From contig NC_069002.1 in assembly GCF_001194135.2 (NCBI RefSeq), positions 30,357,129-30,421,128 of the forward strand: 64,000 nucleotides of DNA, in the 5' to 3' direction. A model generated the notes under the pieces. The model saw only the letters and a list, made by a program, of their open reading frames with translations, was not told the DNA's origin and did no database searches. The DNA is from Octopus bimaculoides. Taxonomy: Eukaryota. Below are positions 29,055-41,831 of this stretch, one piece after another. A program made the translations under genes and the position numbers. Every line of letters begins with the position of its first letter. Position 1 is the stretch's first letter.

Positions 29055-32000
29055 TGAGAGAGACAGAGAGAGAGGAGAAGGAAATGAGACAGATAGAAAT
29101 GAGAGAGAGGAGAGAGAAAGAATTGAAATAGAAATGAGAGAGAGAGAGAGAGGGAGAGAGATGAAAGAGTGGCACTCACCTGTAAGGATTGACGTCTTTG
29201 TTTGGGAAAGTCATGAGACACTCAAATGCCATCTTCTGAACTTTCAATTCTTTATGTTGAAGAAACTGAAAAGATGAGACAAAAACGGAGTCAATGCAAG
29301 TTGGGAGAGGACAAGACAGGACAGGGAAGGACGGAAATGGAGAGAATGAGATAATGTAGGACACGGGGAGCCAGTCGTGGAAATTAAAAAGTGAAAGGCA
29401 AAAGCAGTCATAAATGACCGCTTGGTACTTCTAGTACTAAATGTAATGCTTATTTATTCATATTTTTTTCAATTAATCATGCATTATTTCATAACTTTGA
29501 GATTTAAATGACTTTGTAGGCAAGGTATGAGGTTGGACATAGCCATTATGACCACAAAATAGGTAAAATATTTTGACGAGATATCTGGTTTAAATACTAA
29601 ATAGTTAAATATGTAGAGTTGTTTTATTACAAAGTTAGTTTGCAGGAGTTACCGACCGTATTTGATGGCATAAAAGATACACCGGCTTATTAGATGCATC
29701 CCAAGCTCAGCAGAGCATATTCCAGAAACAGAGAAGTTTTCAGAGCATTAAAGTATGAAATGAAGGCCCAACTTTACATACAGGCCCCAGGGTGATTTGT
29801 GGCATTTTTTTTTTTTGAGAAAAGTGCATCTTGTATGCCATCAAATACATTATATTAGCTATGTTAAGGACAGGTTACCTTACTGCAGAGTTATATTAAC
29901 TTATGTTTGGGACAGGTTACCTTATTGTAGAGTTCCTTCAATTGATGAGATTGATGCAAAGAACCACCGTGTTTGAATTTGGAGAACAAGACGAAATGGT
30001 TCAACAGTTGCCTGGAATTGAAAGAGAAACAGAAAGGAAATGAAGAAGAAAATATACTAGAACAGGTGAGATCACATTTAGACATTAACGGGGTAAAAAT
30101 AGCCAACACTGTTTCTTCAGTTTCTATAAATATATATGGCCTAGTGGTTAGGGGACTGACCTTTACAATCATAACAGCAATGGGTTCAATTCCTGGACAG
30201 GGTGCTGTGTTGTCTTTTGAGCAACACTCTTTATCTCCTACTCAGCCATAAATGAGTACTAGCTGAGTGTTGGTGCAACCCCCATTTCTCTTTCTCTCTA
30301 TTCCCCTCCGGCTGAGATGGAAGGACTGAGAAGGCATGTCTATGTCTGCTCGCGACTACCCAGGCACCCTAAAGACAATTAACAAAATCGTGGTAAAAGG
30401 CACCTATGCTGATGTCACAAAAAAAGCACTCGTACTGGTGCCATGTAAATGGCACTCCTGCTGGCACTACGTAAAGGGCACATATGCAGATTCCACACAA
30501 GAGGAGTGATGGTGCCACATAAAAGAAAATACCTGTGCTGGTACCACATACAAAGCACCTGTGCTGGTGCAATGTAAAAGCACTCAGTACACATTGTAAA
30601 GTGGTTGGCATTACGAAGGGCATCAAGCTATTGAAACCATGTCAAAGCAGACAGGGGACCTCAATGCAGTCCTCTGATTCATTGGAACCTGCCAATCCAC
30701 CCAACTAGCATCATTCAACAGACATTGAATGATGATAACAATGATTATATATATATATATTTATGGAGATGTACTTGCATAGCAAGTGACATGATCTGAG
30801 ATCATGTGCTGGAACGAAAACAATTGCAGCGTGGAAGGTGTTTATAAACCATTTAAGAAGCACACAAAAACCGTTAAATTTAATTTGCCAAAATATTTTC
30901 GTCGCTTTGAGACCATGATCTGATCACTGACAAAATTCCATGCTGCACGGAATTTGTCCGTGAAGTGAACGGGTCACGATCTCAAAGCAGCGAAAATATT
31001 TTGGCAAATTAAATTTAACGGTTTTTGTGTGTTTTAAATGGCTTATATACACCTNNNNNNNNNNNNNNNNNNNNNNNNNNNNNNNNNNNNNNNNNNNNNN
31101 NNNNNNNNNNNNNNNNNNNNNNNNNNNNNNNNNNNNNNNNNNNNNNNNNNNNNNNNNNNNNNNNNNNNNNNNNNNNNNNNNNNNNNNNNNNNNNNNNNNN
31201 NNNNNNNNNNNNNNNNNNNNNNNNNNNNNNNNNNNNNNNNNNNNNNNNNNNNNNNNNNNNNNNNNNNNNNNNNNNNNNNNNNNNNNNNNNNNNNNNNNNN
31301 NNNNNNNNNNNNNNNNNNNNNNNNNNNNNNNNNNNNNNNNNNNNNNNNNNNNNNNNNNNNNNNNNNNNNNNNNNNNNNNNNNNNNNNNNNNNNNNNNNNN
31401 NNNNNNNNNNNNNNNNNNNNNNNNNNNNNNNNNNNNNNNNNNNNNNNNNNNNNNNNNNNNNNNNNNNNNNNNNNNNNNNNNNNNNNNNNNNNNNNNNNNN
31501 NNNNNNNNNNNNNNNNNNNNNNNNNNNNNNNNNNNNNNNNNNNNNNNNNNNNNNNNNNNNNNNNNNNNNNNNNNNNNNNNNNNNNNNNNNNNNNNNNNNN
31601 NNNNNNNNNNNNNNNNNNNNNNNNNNNNNNNNNNNNNNNNNNNNNNNNNNNNNNNNNNNNNNNNNNNNNNNNNNNNNNNNNNNNNNNNNNNNNNNNNNNN
31701 NNNNNNNNNNNNNNNNNNNNNNNNNNNNNNNNNNNNNNNNNNNNNNNNNNNNNNNNNNNNNNNNNNNNNNNNNNNNNNNNNNNNNNNNNNNNNNNNNNNN
31801 NNNNNNNNNNNNNNNNNNNNNNNNNTGATGGTGCCACATAAAAGAAAATACCTGTGCTGGTACCACATACAAAGCACCTGTGCTGGTGCAATGTAAAAGC
31901 ACTCAGTACACATTGTAAAGTGGTTGGCATTACGAAGGGCATCAAGCTATTGAAACCATGTCAAAGCAGACAGGGGACCTCAATGCAGTCCTCTGATTCA

Positions 32001-35000
32001 TTGGAACCTGCCAATCCACCCAACTAGCATCATTCAACAGACATTGAATGATGATAACAATGATTATATATATAAGATAATAAATCGGATGGTATACACC
32101 TGGTACGGAAGATAAGAAAATGTTCATAATCCTACCCGTGGGGGATCAATGCCAGTTAGGTCAAAATCATCATCATCATCGTTTAACGTCCGCTTTCCAT
32201 GCTAGCATGGGTTGGACGATTTGACTGAGGACTGGTGAAACCAGATGGCTACACCAGGCTCCAATCTGATTTGGCAGAGTTTCTACAGCTGGATGCCCTT
32301 CCTAACGCCAACCGCTCTCAGAGTGTAGAGGGTGCTTTTACATGCCACCGGCACAAAGGCCAGTCAGGCGGTATTGGCAACGACCTCGCTCGAAAGTCCT
32401 TACACATGCCACGGGCACAAGTGCCAGAAAGGCGACGCTGGGCACAGGTGCCATCCCGAAACATTCTCATATCTTCCATCTTTCTCATTAATCAAATATA
32501 TACACACACAAACATAATATATATATACATACTACACTCACACACACACACACATATATACACACCCACACGTATAATTGGACATAGAACTTACTTAAGG
32601 ATTGCTGGTTCCTGTTTGCATACTTTTGTAGCAGCAGCAGGAACAACAGTAGCAGTATCGTTGTGGCCTTCATCTTGTTCCTGCTTTGCTTTCTTCTTCC
32701 TTTTCCTTTTCTTCTTCTTTGGTGTTTCCATTTCTCTTTCCTCCACCTCAATGTCCATTTTCCCTTCTCCCTCCTCCTCTTCCTTTACTTCTCCATCCTC
32801 ATCTGTCTCCCTTGGCTCCTCTTCAGTATTCATATCCTCCACCTTCACCTCATCACCACTGTCCTCCTCCTCCTCCTCTTCTTCAACATCACTGCCACCA
32901 CCACCACCATCATCATCCTCATAACCACTCTCTTCATCATCATCAACATCACCATCTTCAACATCTTCACTTGCCATCACTTCTTCCTCTTCCACCACCT
33001 CTTCTTCTGCCTCCTCCACCTCCTCTTCTTCTGCCTCCTCCACCACCGCTTCCTCTTCATCACTTTCACTCTTATCCCAGCTCCTCTCTCCACCCTGGCG
33101 CCATTCCTTGCACATAATATTCTGCAATGCTGCACTTTCCGTATCCACTTGGTAATATTCATTTCTGTAAAACACAACAAGAGGAAAACTACAGATGTGT
33201 GAGTGCATGTGTGTGTTTATACATGTATGTGTATATGTACACACAGATATGTGTGTGTGTGTGTGTGTGTGTTATATACATTATCATCATCATCATCAGT
33301 TAACGTCCCATCTTCCATGCATGGGTAGAATAGTTGACAGGAGCCAGCCAGGTAGAAAAACTACCCCAGGCTAGTGTCTGTTTTGGCAGAGATTTTACAG
33401 CTGGATGCTCTTCCTAACACCAACCACTCAGCAGAGGGTGGACTCAGTGCTTTTTACATATGCATGCATAAATATATGAATGTATGTGTGCATGTGTATA
33501 CACATGAATGCGTGTGTGTGAATGTGCATATATATATATATATATATATATCATCATCATCATCNNNNNNNNNNTATATATATATATATATCATCATCAT
33601 CATCGTTTAACGTCCACTTTCCATGCTAGCATGGGTAGGACGATTTGACTGAGGACTGGTGAAACTGGATGGCAACACCAGGCTCCAATCTAATTTGGCA
33701 GAGTTTCTACAGCTGGATGCCCTTCCTAACGCCAACCACTCAGAGAGTGTAGTGGGTGCTTTTACGTGTCACCCGCACGTATATATATATATATATATGT
33801 ATACGCAAAGACCTGCTGAGGCAAGTGAAATCGAAATCGAACCAAATTTGACGACTGGCACCCGTGCCAGTGGAGTGCTAACAGCACCATCTGAGCATGA
33901 TCATTGCCAGAGCAGCTGTCTGGCTTCCATGCCGGCTGCACGTAAAATGCACCATTTGAGCGTGATCGTTACCAGTGTCGCCTTACTGGCACATGAAAAA
34001 ACATTCGAGCGAGGTCGTTGCCAGTGCCGTAGAAACCATACCAGAACAGACAATGGGACCAAGTGCAGCCCTCGGTCTTACCAACTCCTAACTGTCCAAC
34101 CCATGCCAGCATGGAAAACGGATGTTAAATGATGACGATGATTAAATACTGAAATGTGAAGCGAACTGTAACAAAATATTTTGATGGTTTAAGGCATGCT
34201 GGGAAAAATGCTTAGAGGCAAATTGTCCATCTTTACATTCCGAGTTCAAATTCCGCCGAGGTTGACTTAGCCTTTTATCCTTTCAGGATGATTAAGTACC
34301 TGTTGAACATTAGGGTGATGGGATCTTTTTTTAAAACGGGGGCCACATTTTTCATTAACGAAACACTTTGAAACTTGGAACACTGGTAGAATGTGTCATA
34401 TAAAACATCTTTTTCTCTTAGTCTTCTTAAAAAAAAAAGAAATCCATAAATTATTCCATGTTAAAGTTGTCGTATTTCTGTAATTTCAACCAATCACTGA
34501 CGTCCATTCAGCCGATATACATTAAGTGCCGACTACATAAACAAACGATTCTGAAACAATTAACCCTAACCCTAGGGTTAGGGTTAGGGTTAAAGCAAAT
34601 TTAAAATGAAAAAAGCAAATAAAACGAAGGTATGGAGATTAAATACGCTTTACATCGCTTAGTGAGCCAAAGCAGTAAATGTAAACAACTGAATACTTGT
34701 CAGTGATTGGTTGAAATTATCGAAATAAGACAATTTTTTACATGAAATAAATTCGAATACAAAAATATTTTTCTGTTCTATAACACAAAATAGATAAGTA
34801 TACGAAGTTTGAAAGTCTTTCCGTACCAAAAACACTACGTAAAACATTAATGAAAAATGTGGCCCCCGTTTTAAAAAAGATCCGGGTGATGTAATCAACT
34901 TATCCTCTACCCCAATATTGCTGGCTTTGTGTCAAAATTTGAGACCAATATTTCAGCGCCATTGCCATGGAACCAATGAGAGACAGATTTTGGACATACC

Positions 35001-37129
35001 TGACAAATCTAAACAAGATGGGGGAAAGTAGTTTTGAATTTCCTTCACAAACTTGCGGAAAAAGCAGCATGTTTTTCCACAAATGTTCACGGAAAAATTC
35101 CATGTCTGGTTTAAGTAAGTCCGATTTCGGTCTGGAATCTTGCTCCATTAGAAGTTGAAGTAAATCTGAATGTATGGAAGATTCCTCCTCATTCTCTTCA
35201 ATCTCAAAAGTTGTCATAACACTCGGAGCCGGTACACTTCCCTCTAGAAACGATAGGAAAAAAAAAGAAAAAAAATTTTATTGTCTGCTGTTTCGAAAGT
35301 GAAAAACAAGACAATCTTAAGATATATTTTAATGAAAATATTAAACCTTTCAGCATTCAAATGTAATACTTATTTATTCACATTATTTTGAATTAATCAT
35401 GCATGAGATTTTGATGATGCTACTGTCTATTTTTAGAATGACATTGTAGGGTAGGTGCGAGAGGCTGGATCTGGCTGGTTTAAGCCTTTAGCATTCAGAT
35501 TACTCTGTCAAATGTAATGCTCGATTATTCACATCATTGCGAATTAATCACGAATTATCGCATAGCTTTCAAATTTCAATGATGTGACTGTTTCTGTTTA
35601 GAATGACAATGTTGGGTAGGTGTGAGAGGTCAGATCTAGCCAGTTTGAATATTTGGGCTGGAGCTGGCTGTTTTAACCATTTAGCATTCAGATTCCTCTG
35701 TCCAATGTAATCCTTATTTATTCACATTGTTTTGAATTAACCATGCATTATCTCATGGCTTTGAGGTTTCGATGATGATATTGTCTATTTTAGAATGACA
35801 TTGTTAGGTAGGTATGAGAGGCCAGATCTGACTGGTTTGAACATAAAACAGGTAGAATATTTGGGCTGGATGAGGCTGGTTTAAAGAGGAAAGCCAGTTG
35901 CAAAAAGGCCAACATCATAAAACAGATTTCGTGTTCAATGTTTGGTGAAATTTTGTAAGAGAAAAAGTATTTAGTTAAATATGTATTAATATCTTGCTCT
36001 CAACCCATCCAACCTCCCTCTCTCTCTGGCTGTGTGGTTAAGACATTCGCCTCCCAACCACATGTTTACAGGTTCAATCCCACTGTGTAGCATCTTGGGT
36101 AAATGTCTTCTACAATGATCCTAGGCTGACCAAAGCCTCGTAAATGGATTTGACAGATAGTAACTGAAAGCAGCCCATTGTATACGTGTGTATATATTCT
36201 TGTGTGTGTGTGTGTGTGTATATATAGATAGATACATACATACATAGACTGACAGACAGACATAGATAGATAGATAGATATACATACATACACACATAAT
36301 ATATAGTTTTCACCAATCAAGGGACAGCTCAACTCAAGTGTCACGTGATGGAATTGAACACAAAACCACATGAATGTGAAGCAATCTGCTTACCTTTTAC
36401 CAACACCATACCATATTATATATATGTGTGTGTGTGTGTGCAAGGCAGGTGTATACAGGTGTAAAAAACTGCACTAAAACAGAGAATTTCATTTATTCAA
36501 AGCTACAGTTTTTACTGTATTGCTTCTCTGATTCCTCCAAAGACATTATACAAAGCAACTCAGTCCAGGCTTGAATTTAGATTCCAGGAATATTTTCCAC
36601 TTTCCGTACTTAAAATTAAGGATAAAAACTAACAGCAATAAGAATCTGTGACATTCATTCCTTTCCAAAGGGAAGGGAAGTGGGGATGGTAATAATGGTG
36701 TAGTGGTGGTGTTGTGTGATCATGGTGGTAGTGGTGGTGGAGATGATGGTGGTGGTGGTAGTGATGATAGTGGAGATGGTGGTAGTGGTGGTGGAGATGG
36801 TAGTGGAAGTGGTGGCAGCAGTCGTGAAGGTGACTGGTGGTCTGTTTATGCAAAAGAGAGGAAAAGTCTACTAGAAAAGTGGATGACTTCAGAAATGGTT
36901 AACAAAGTGGAAAAAAAAAAAAACTTACCACAAACTGAAGCACATTTGTCCAAATGGCTTCCATAAACTTCCCAGAAAGAATCCTTCATCATCGAGAGAG
37001 CATGGGAAGCAATCAGTTTGTGAACTGGTTCCCAAATTGGTTTGAAATTAATAAATAAATTACCAATGAGATAACGAAGAGGAACCTGAAATTGGAACAG
37101 ATCATTAGAATAGAGAGAAACAGATGGAG

Positions 37130-37174
<45 letters not shown>

Positions 37175-37417
37175 TGGTTTCAAATTTTGACACAAGGCCA
37201 GCAGTTTCGGTGGAGGGGCTAAGTTGATTACACTGATCCCCAGCGCTGAACTGATACTTATTTTATTGACTCCAGAAGGATGAAAGACAAAGTCATCCTC
37301 AACAGAATTTGAACTCAGGACGTAAAGACAGGAAACGTCACTAAGCATTTAGTCCTTGCCCAGTATGCTCACAATTCAATGCTCTCTCTCTCTCTCTCTC
37401 TCAGAATTTAATAATGA

Positions 37418-37470
<53 letters not shown>

Positions 37471-40400
37471 AAGAAAGAAAAACATGAAGAATTTTGCAAC
37501 TAACCTGTTCAAAACGAGGGTTCACTACAGGAATATTACGGTCGACAAGTTTGGCATCAAGGTACTGCAGATGTCTCAAAGTTTCCCTGAAGTCATGAAC
37601 TGTTGGCGGAGTTTTCTCAGCATCCAAACAAATTCTGAAAACTCCTGGTTGGCTCAGACTCTGAAAAAAATTAACAGAAAGATGAGAAGAGAAAACCAGG
37701 AGACCCTTAAAGAGACAGTGATGGTCAGGAATTGAGGGTTTTGTGTTTTTTCAAGAAACCTGGTGTTGTACCAAGCCAAAAGTAACCTCTCCATCACCAT
37801 GCTATTAGTGAGTACTACAAAGAAAGAGTATCATAAGCAGGGCTGTGGAGTCAAAACAAAAAACTTTGACTCTGACTCCTGTACTGTTGGCACCTCCGAC
37901 TCCGACTCCTCTTTATGTAATTAAGTGTGTGTGGTTTACATATCTCATAAAGCATATGCATACGCTTGTACTTTGAGTGGGCCTATAGGTTAGAACTGGT
38001 TTATATTAAAGAATAAAGACATTGTGAGTCGGAATCAGAGTCGGTATAGTTTTACTGACTCCGACTCCACAGCCCTGATCATAAGGAGTATCATGTAGAA
38101 GAAGAGAAAGTTTTGGTGAGTATCTTGAAGGAAAAAAGGAAGTTGCAGTGAGTACCACATGGGACTTCAAGGCCTGGTGTGTGCTGTGTAAGAGGACTTA
38201 AAAGCCATGTAGTGCCATGTAGGAGGACTTAGAGGTCAGGTGAGTACCACATAGAGTACCAGGTAGGACAGTGGTTCTCAATTGGGGTTCATATAAGATT
38301 TTTGGGTGTCCATGCAAGAAAATAGTAAATTAGGGATCCCACAACAATATTTTAAGGGCCCCTGAAAAAAATTTCGCTTTTGATGTATGCATTGGTATGT
38401 ATTGCAAGAAACAGCTAGGTTTCTTTCTCTAACATTTTACATAGTTCAACCTAAAAAAGGGAATGCGTGAAAAACAAAATAGGAATTTTGAAAGATGTTT
38501 CTTTAAAATTAGATTTTAAACATCGAATGACTATGGGGGTCTACCAGGATGAAATAGTAATCAAAGAGCTCCATGGATACAAAATGGTTGAGAATCCCTG
38601 TTTTAGATGTATGTATTGGTATGTATTACTGCAAGAATCAGCTAGGTTTCTTTCTCTTAATATTTTACAAGTTCAATCTGTACAAGTTAATGTGTGAAAA
38701 ATAAGACAGGAATTTTGAAAGTTTCTTTAAAACTAGATTTTAAACATTGAATGGCTATGGGGTCCACCAGAATAAAATAATGAAACGGGTCCACAGATAA
38801 AAAAATGATTGAAAACCTCTGATGTAGAAGGACTTATAGAAGACCAAAAGGCCAGGTGAGCACCAATGTAGGAGGACTTAAAATCATAGTGAGTTGTCAA
38901 TGGAACTTGGATTAAGAATGCTTGAGTGGTGGAGATAGAAGAGAATCCATCTCCAAGGAACAGAGAAAAGACAGAATGTGTGTGTATGTATGTGTTAGTG
39001 TGTGATTGCATGCACTAGTGAGATGGTAAAAGTAACTTAACCAAACAGCAACAAAGAAATGTAGAACTCAATACAAGTGACTAAATCTATTCGACTTACA
39101 GGATCTTCAAGGAAAGGAAGTTTCAAGTGGAACTGTGACAGAATCTGCAGAGTCAGCAAACGAATCTAAAAGACACAAAACAAAATATAAATTGATTTTA
39201 GGAATAATTAGCAAATCAAAATTTATAATTAAAATATGAATTGATAAAATAAAAAAATTATCTTATTAAAATAATATATATTTGCTTGATTTTAACTGCT
39301 TGAGCATGTCCCTTTGTGGCTGACAATTTGTGCATCTTTGATGATGAGCAGGAGTAGTGGGGGAGCATCATAGCCATGTGTTGAGAGGAATTCTTTGGGG
39401 TTTGAATAAATGCAATAAAAGCAAAGCTTGAGGCAAATATTAGCCATTTTTCCTACTTTCTAAGGGTAAGCAAATAGGAAATAAGAGTTACACAAGAAAC
39501 CCGAGACCAAAGTTCCTTTTAATTTTTTGGCATTGCACAGAAATTTGTATTGTGTGCAAATTCTGTCTTTCTTTGCAAAGAATTTGTGCTGGCTGTAGGT
39601 AGAGGTGTGGATGTGTGGTAAGAATCTATCTTCCCAACCACATGGCTCTGGGTTCAATCTCACATGACACTTTGGGCAAGTGTCTTGTACTATAGCCCCA
39701 AACCAACCAAAGCCTTGTGAGTGGATTGGGAGGTGGAAACTGAAAGAAGCTTGTATTATGCATGTGTGTCTGTGTATGTGCACCCCCAACCCCACCCCCG
39801 TACCGTTTGACAACTAGCATTGGTGTATCTACGTCCCTGTAACTTAGTGGTTTGGCAACAGACACCGACAGAATAAGTACCAGGCTTTAAAAACCTAAGT
39901 CCTGGGGTTGATTTATTCAACTAAAAATTCTTGAAGGTGGTGCCCCAGCATGGCCACAGTCTAATGACTGAAACATATAAACAGATCCATGCAAGTAACC
40001 ATCTTCAGTTAAAAAGATTTGATTTTATCTTAAAAAACCTTGCATCAGGACATTTTTTTTCTTCCTTTGCACACCATTTTCAAAACACATGCACAAGAAT
40101 ATTGCTCAGAGAGGAAGATTGTCTTCTGCCATGGAACTAGAGGCAGCCTCTGGTAGAGTGGAATCAAATGAGTCCAAGAATTTGTCACAGGAAATGTTTA
40201 CTCACTGTGTGAGAATAGTGTGACAGGTTTGCTTCCAGGAGTGGGAAGACCGTGACACAAGTAGCTTCGTTTGTGACGTCTTTCTGGCTCTCAGACTGCT
40301 GGGCCAAGAAGAAATAAAGATCGGTGATCTGGAGGGCACGCACAGAGTTGGAACAGCACCTGAAGAAAAAAGAAAAGAGACAACATTGTCATTACCATCA

Positions 40401-40596
40401 TTTAACATCCGTTTTGCATGCTGGTATGGGTTGGAAGGCTTGACAGAAGCTGGCAAGGTCAGGGGCCGCACCAGGTCCCATAGCCTGTTTTGGCTTGGTT
40501 TCTATAGTTGCAGCCCTTCCTGATGTCAACCACTTCACAGAGTGTACTGGGTGCTTTTTATGTGACACCATCACCAGTTCTTTTTCCATGACACAT

Positions 40597-40643
<47 letters not shown>

Positions 40644-41797
40644 NNNNNNNNNNNNNNNNNNNNNNNNNNNNNNNNNNNNNNNNNNNNNNNNNNNNNNNNN
40701 NNNNNNNNNNNNNNNNNNNNNNNNNNNNNNNNNNNNNNNNNNNNNNNNNNNNNNNNNNNNNNNNNNNNNNNNNNNNNNNNNNNNNNNNNNNNNNNNNNNN
40801 NNNNNNNNNNNNNNNNNNNNNNNNNNNNNNNNNNNNNNNNNNNNNNNNNNNNNNNNNNNNNNNNNNNNNNNNNNNNNNNNNNNNNNNNNNNNNNNNNNNN
40901 NNNNNNNNNNNNNNNNNNNNNNNNNNNNNNNNNNNNNNNNNNNNNNNNNNNNNNNNNNNNNNNNNNNNNNNNNNNNNNNNNNNNNNNNNNNNNNNNNNNN
41001 NNNNNNNNNNNNNNNNNNNNNNNNNNNNNNNNNNNNNNNNNNNNNNNNNNNNNNNNNNNNNNNNNNNNNNNNNNNNNNNNNNNNNNNNNNNNNNNNNNNN
41101 NNNNNNNNNNNNNNNNNNNNNNNNNNNNNNNNNNNNNNNNNNNNNNNNNNNNNNNNNNNNNNNNNNNNNNNNNNNNNNNNNNNNNNNNNNNNNNNNNNNN
41201 NNNNNNNNNNNNNNNNNNNNNNNNNNNNNNNNNNNNNNNNNNNNNNNNNNNNNNNNNNNNNNNNNNNNNNNNNNNNNNNNNNNNNNNNNNNNNNNNNNNN
41301 NNNNNNNNNNNNNNNNNNNNNNNNNNNNNNNNNNNNNNNNNNNNNNNNNNNNNNNNNNNNNNNNNNNNNNNNNNNNNNNNNNNNNNNNNNNNNNNNNNNN
41401 NNNNNNNNNNNNNNNNNNNNNNNNNNNNNNNNNNNNNNNNNNNNNNNNNNNNNNNNNNNNNNNNNNNNNNNNNNGACTGAGGACTGGTGAAACCGGATGG
41501 CAACACCAGGCTCCAGTCCGATTTGGCAGAGTTTCTACAGCTGGATGCCCTTCCTAACGCCAACCACTCAGAGAGTGTAGTGGGTGCTTTTACGTGTCAC
41601 CCGCACGAAAACGGCCACGCTCGAAATGGTGTCTTTTATGTGCCACCCGCACAAGCCAGTCCAGGGGCACTGGCAACGATCTCGCTCGAAAATCCTACAG
41701 GAGCCAGCCAGGCGGTACTGGCAACGGCCACGCTCAAAATGGTGCATCTCATGTGCCACCCGCACAAGAACCAGTCCAGGGGCACTGGCAACGATCT

Positions 41798-41831
<34 letters not shown>

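Noticed and set aside
32222-32250. CTGAGGA...GAAA in retroposon family C as a hammerhead
   Set aside because: GAAA is in the loop of CTGG/CCAG with no room for stem II and no NUH site
40020-40200. Possible H/ACA snoRNA or coding extension after exon 18
   Set aside because: Hairpins lack symmetric pockets and a terminal ACA; the frame hits a stop; exon 19 supplies the homologous peptide
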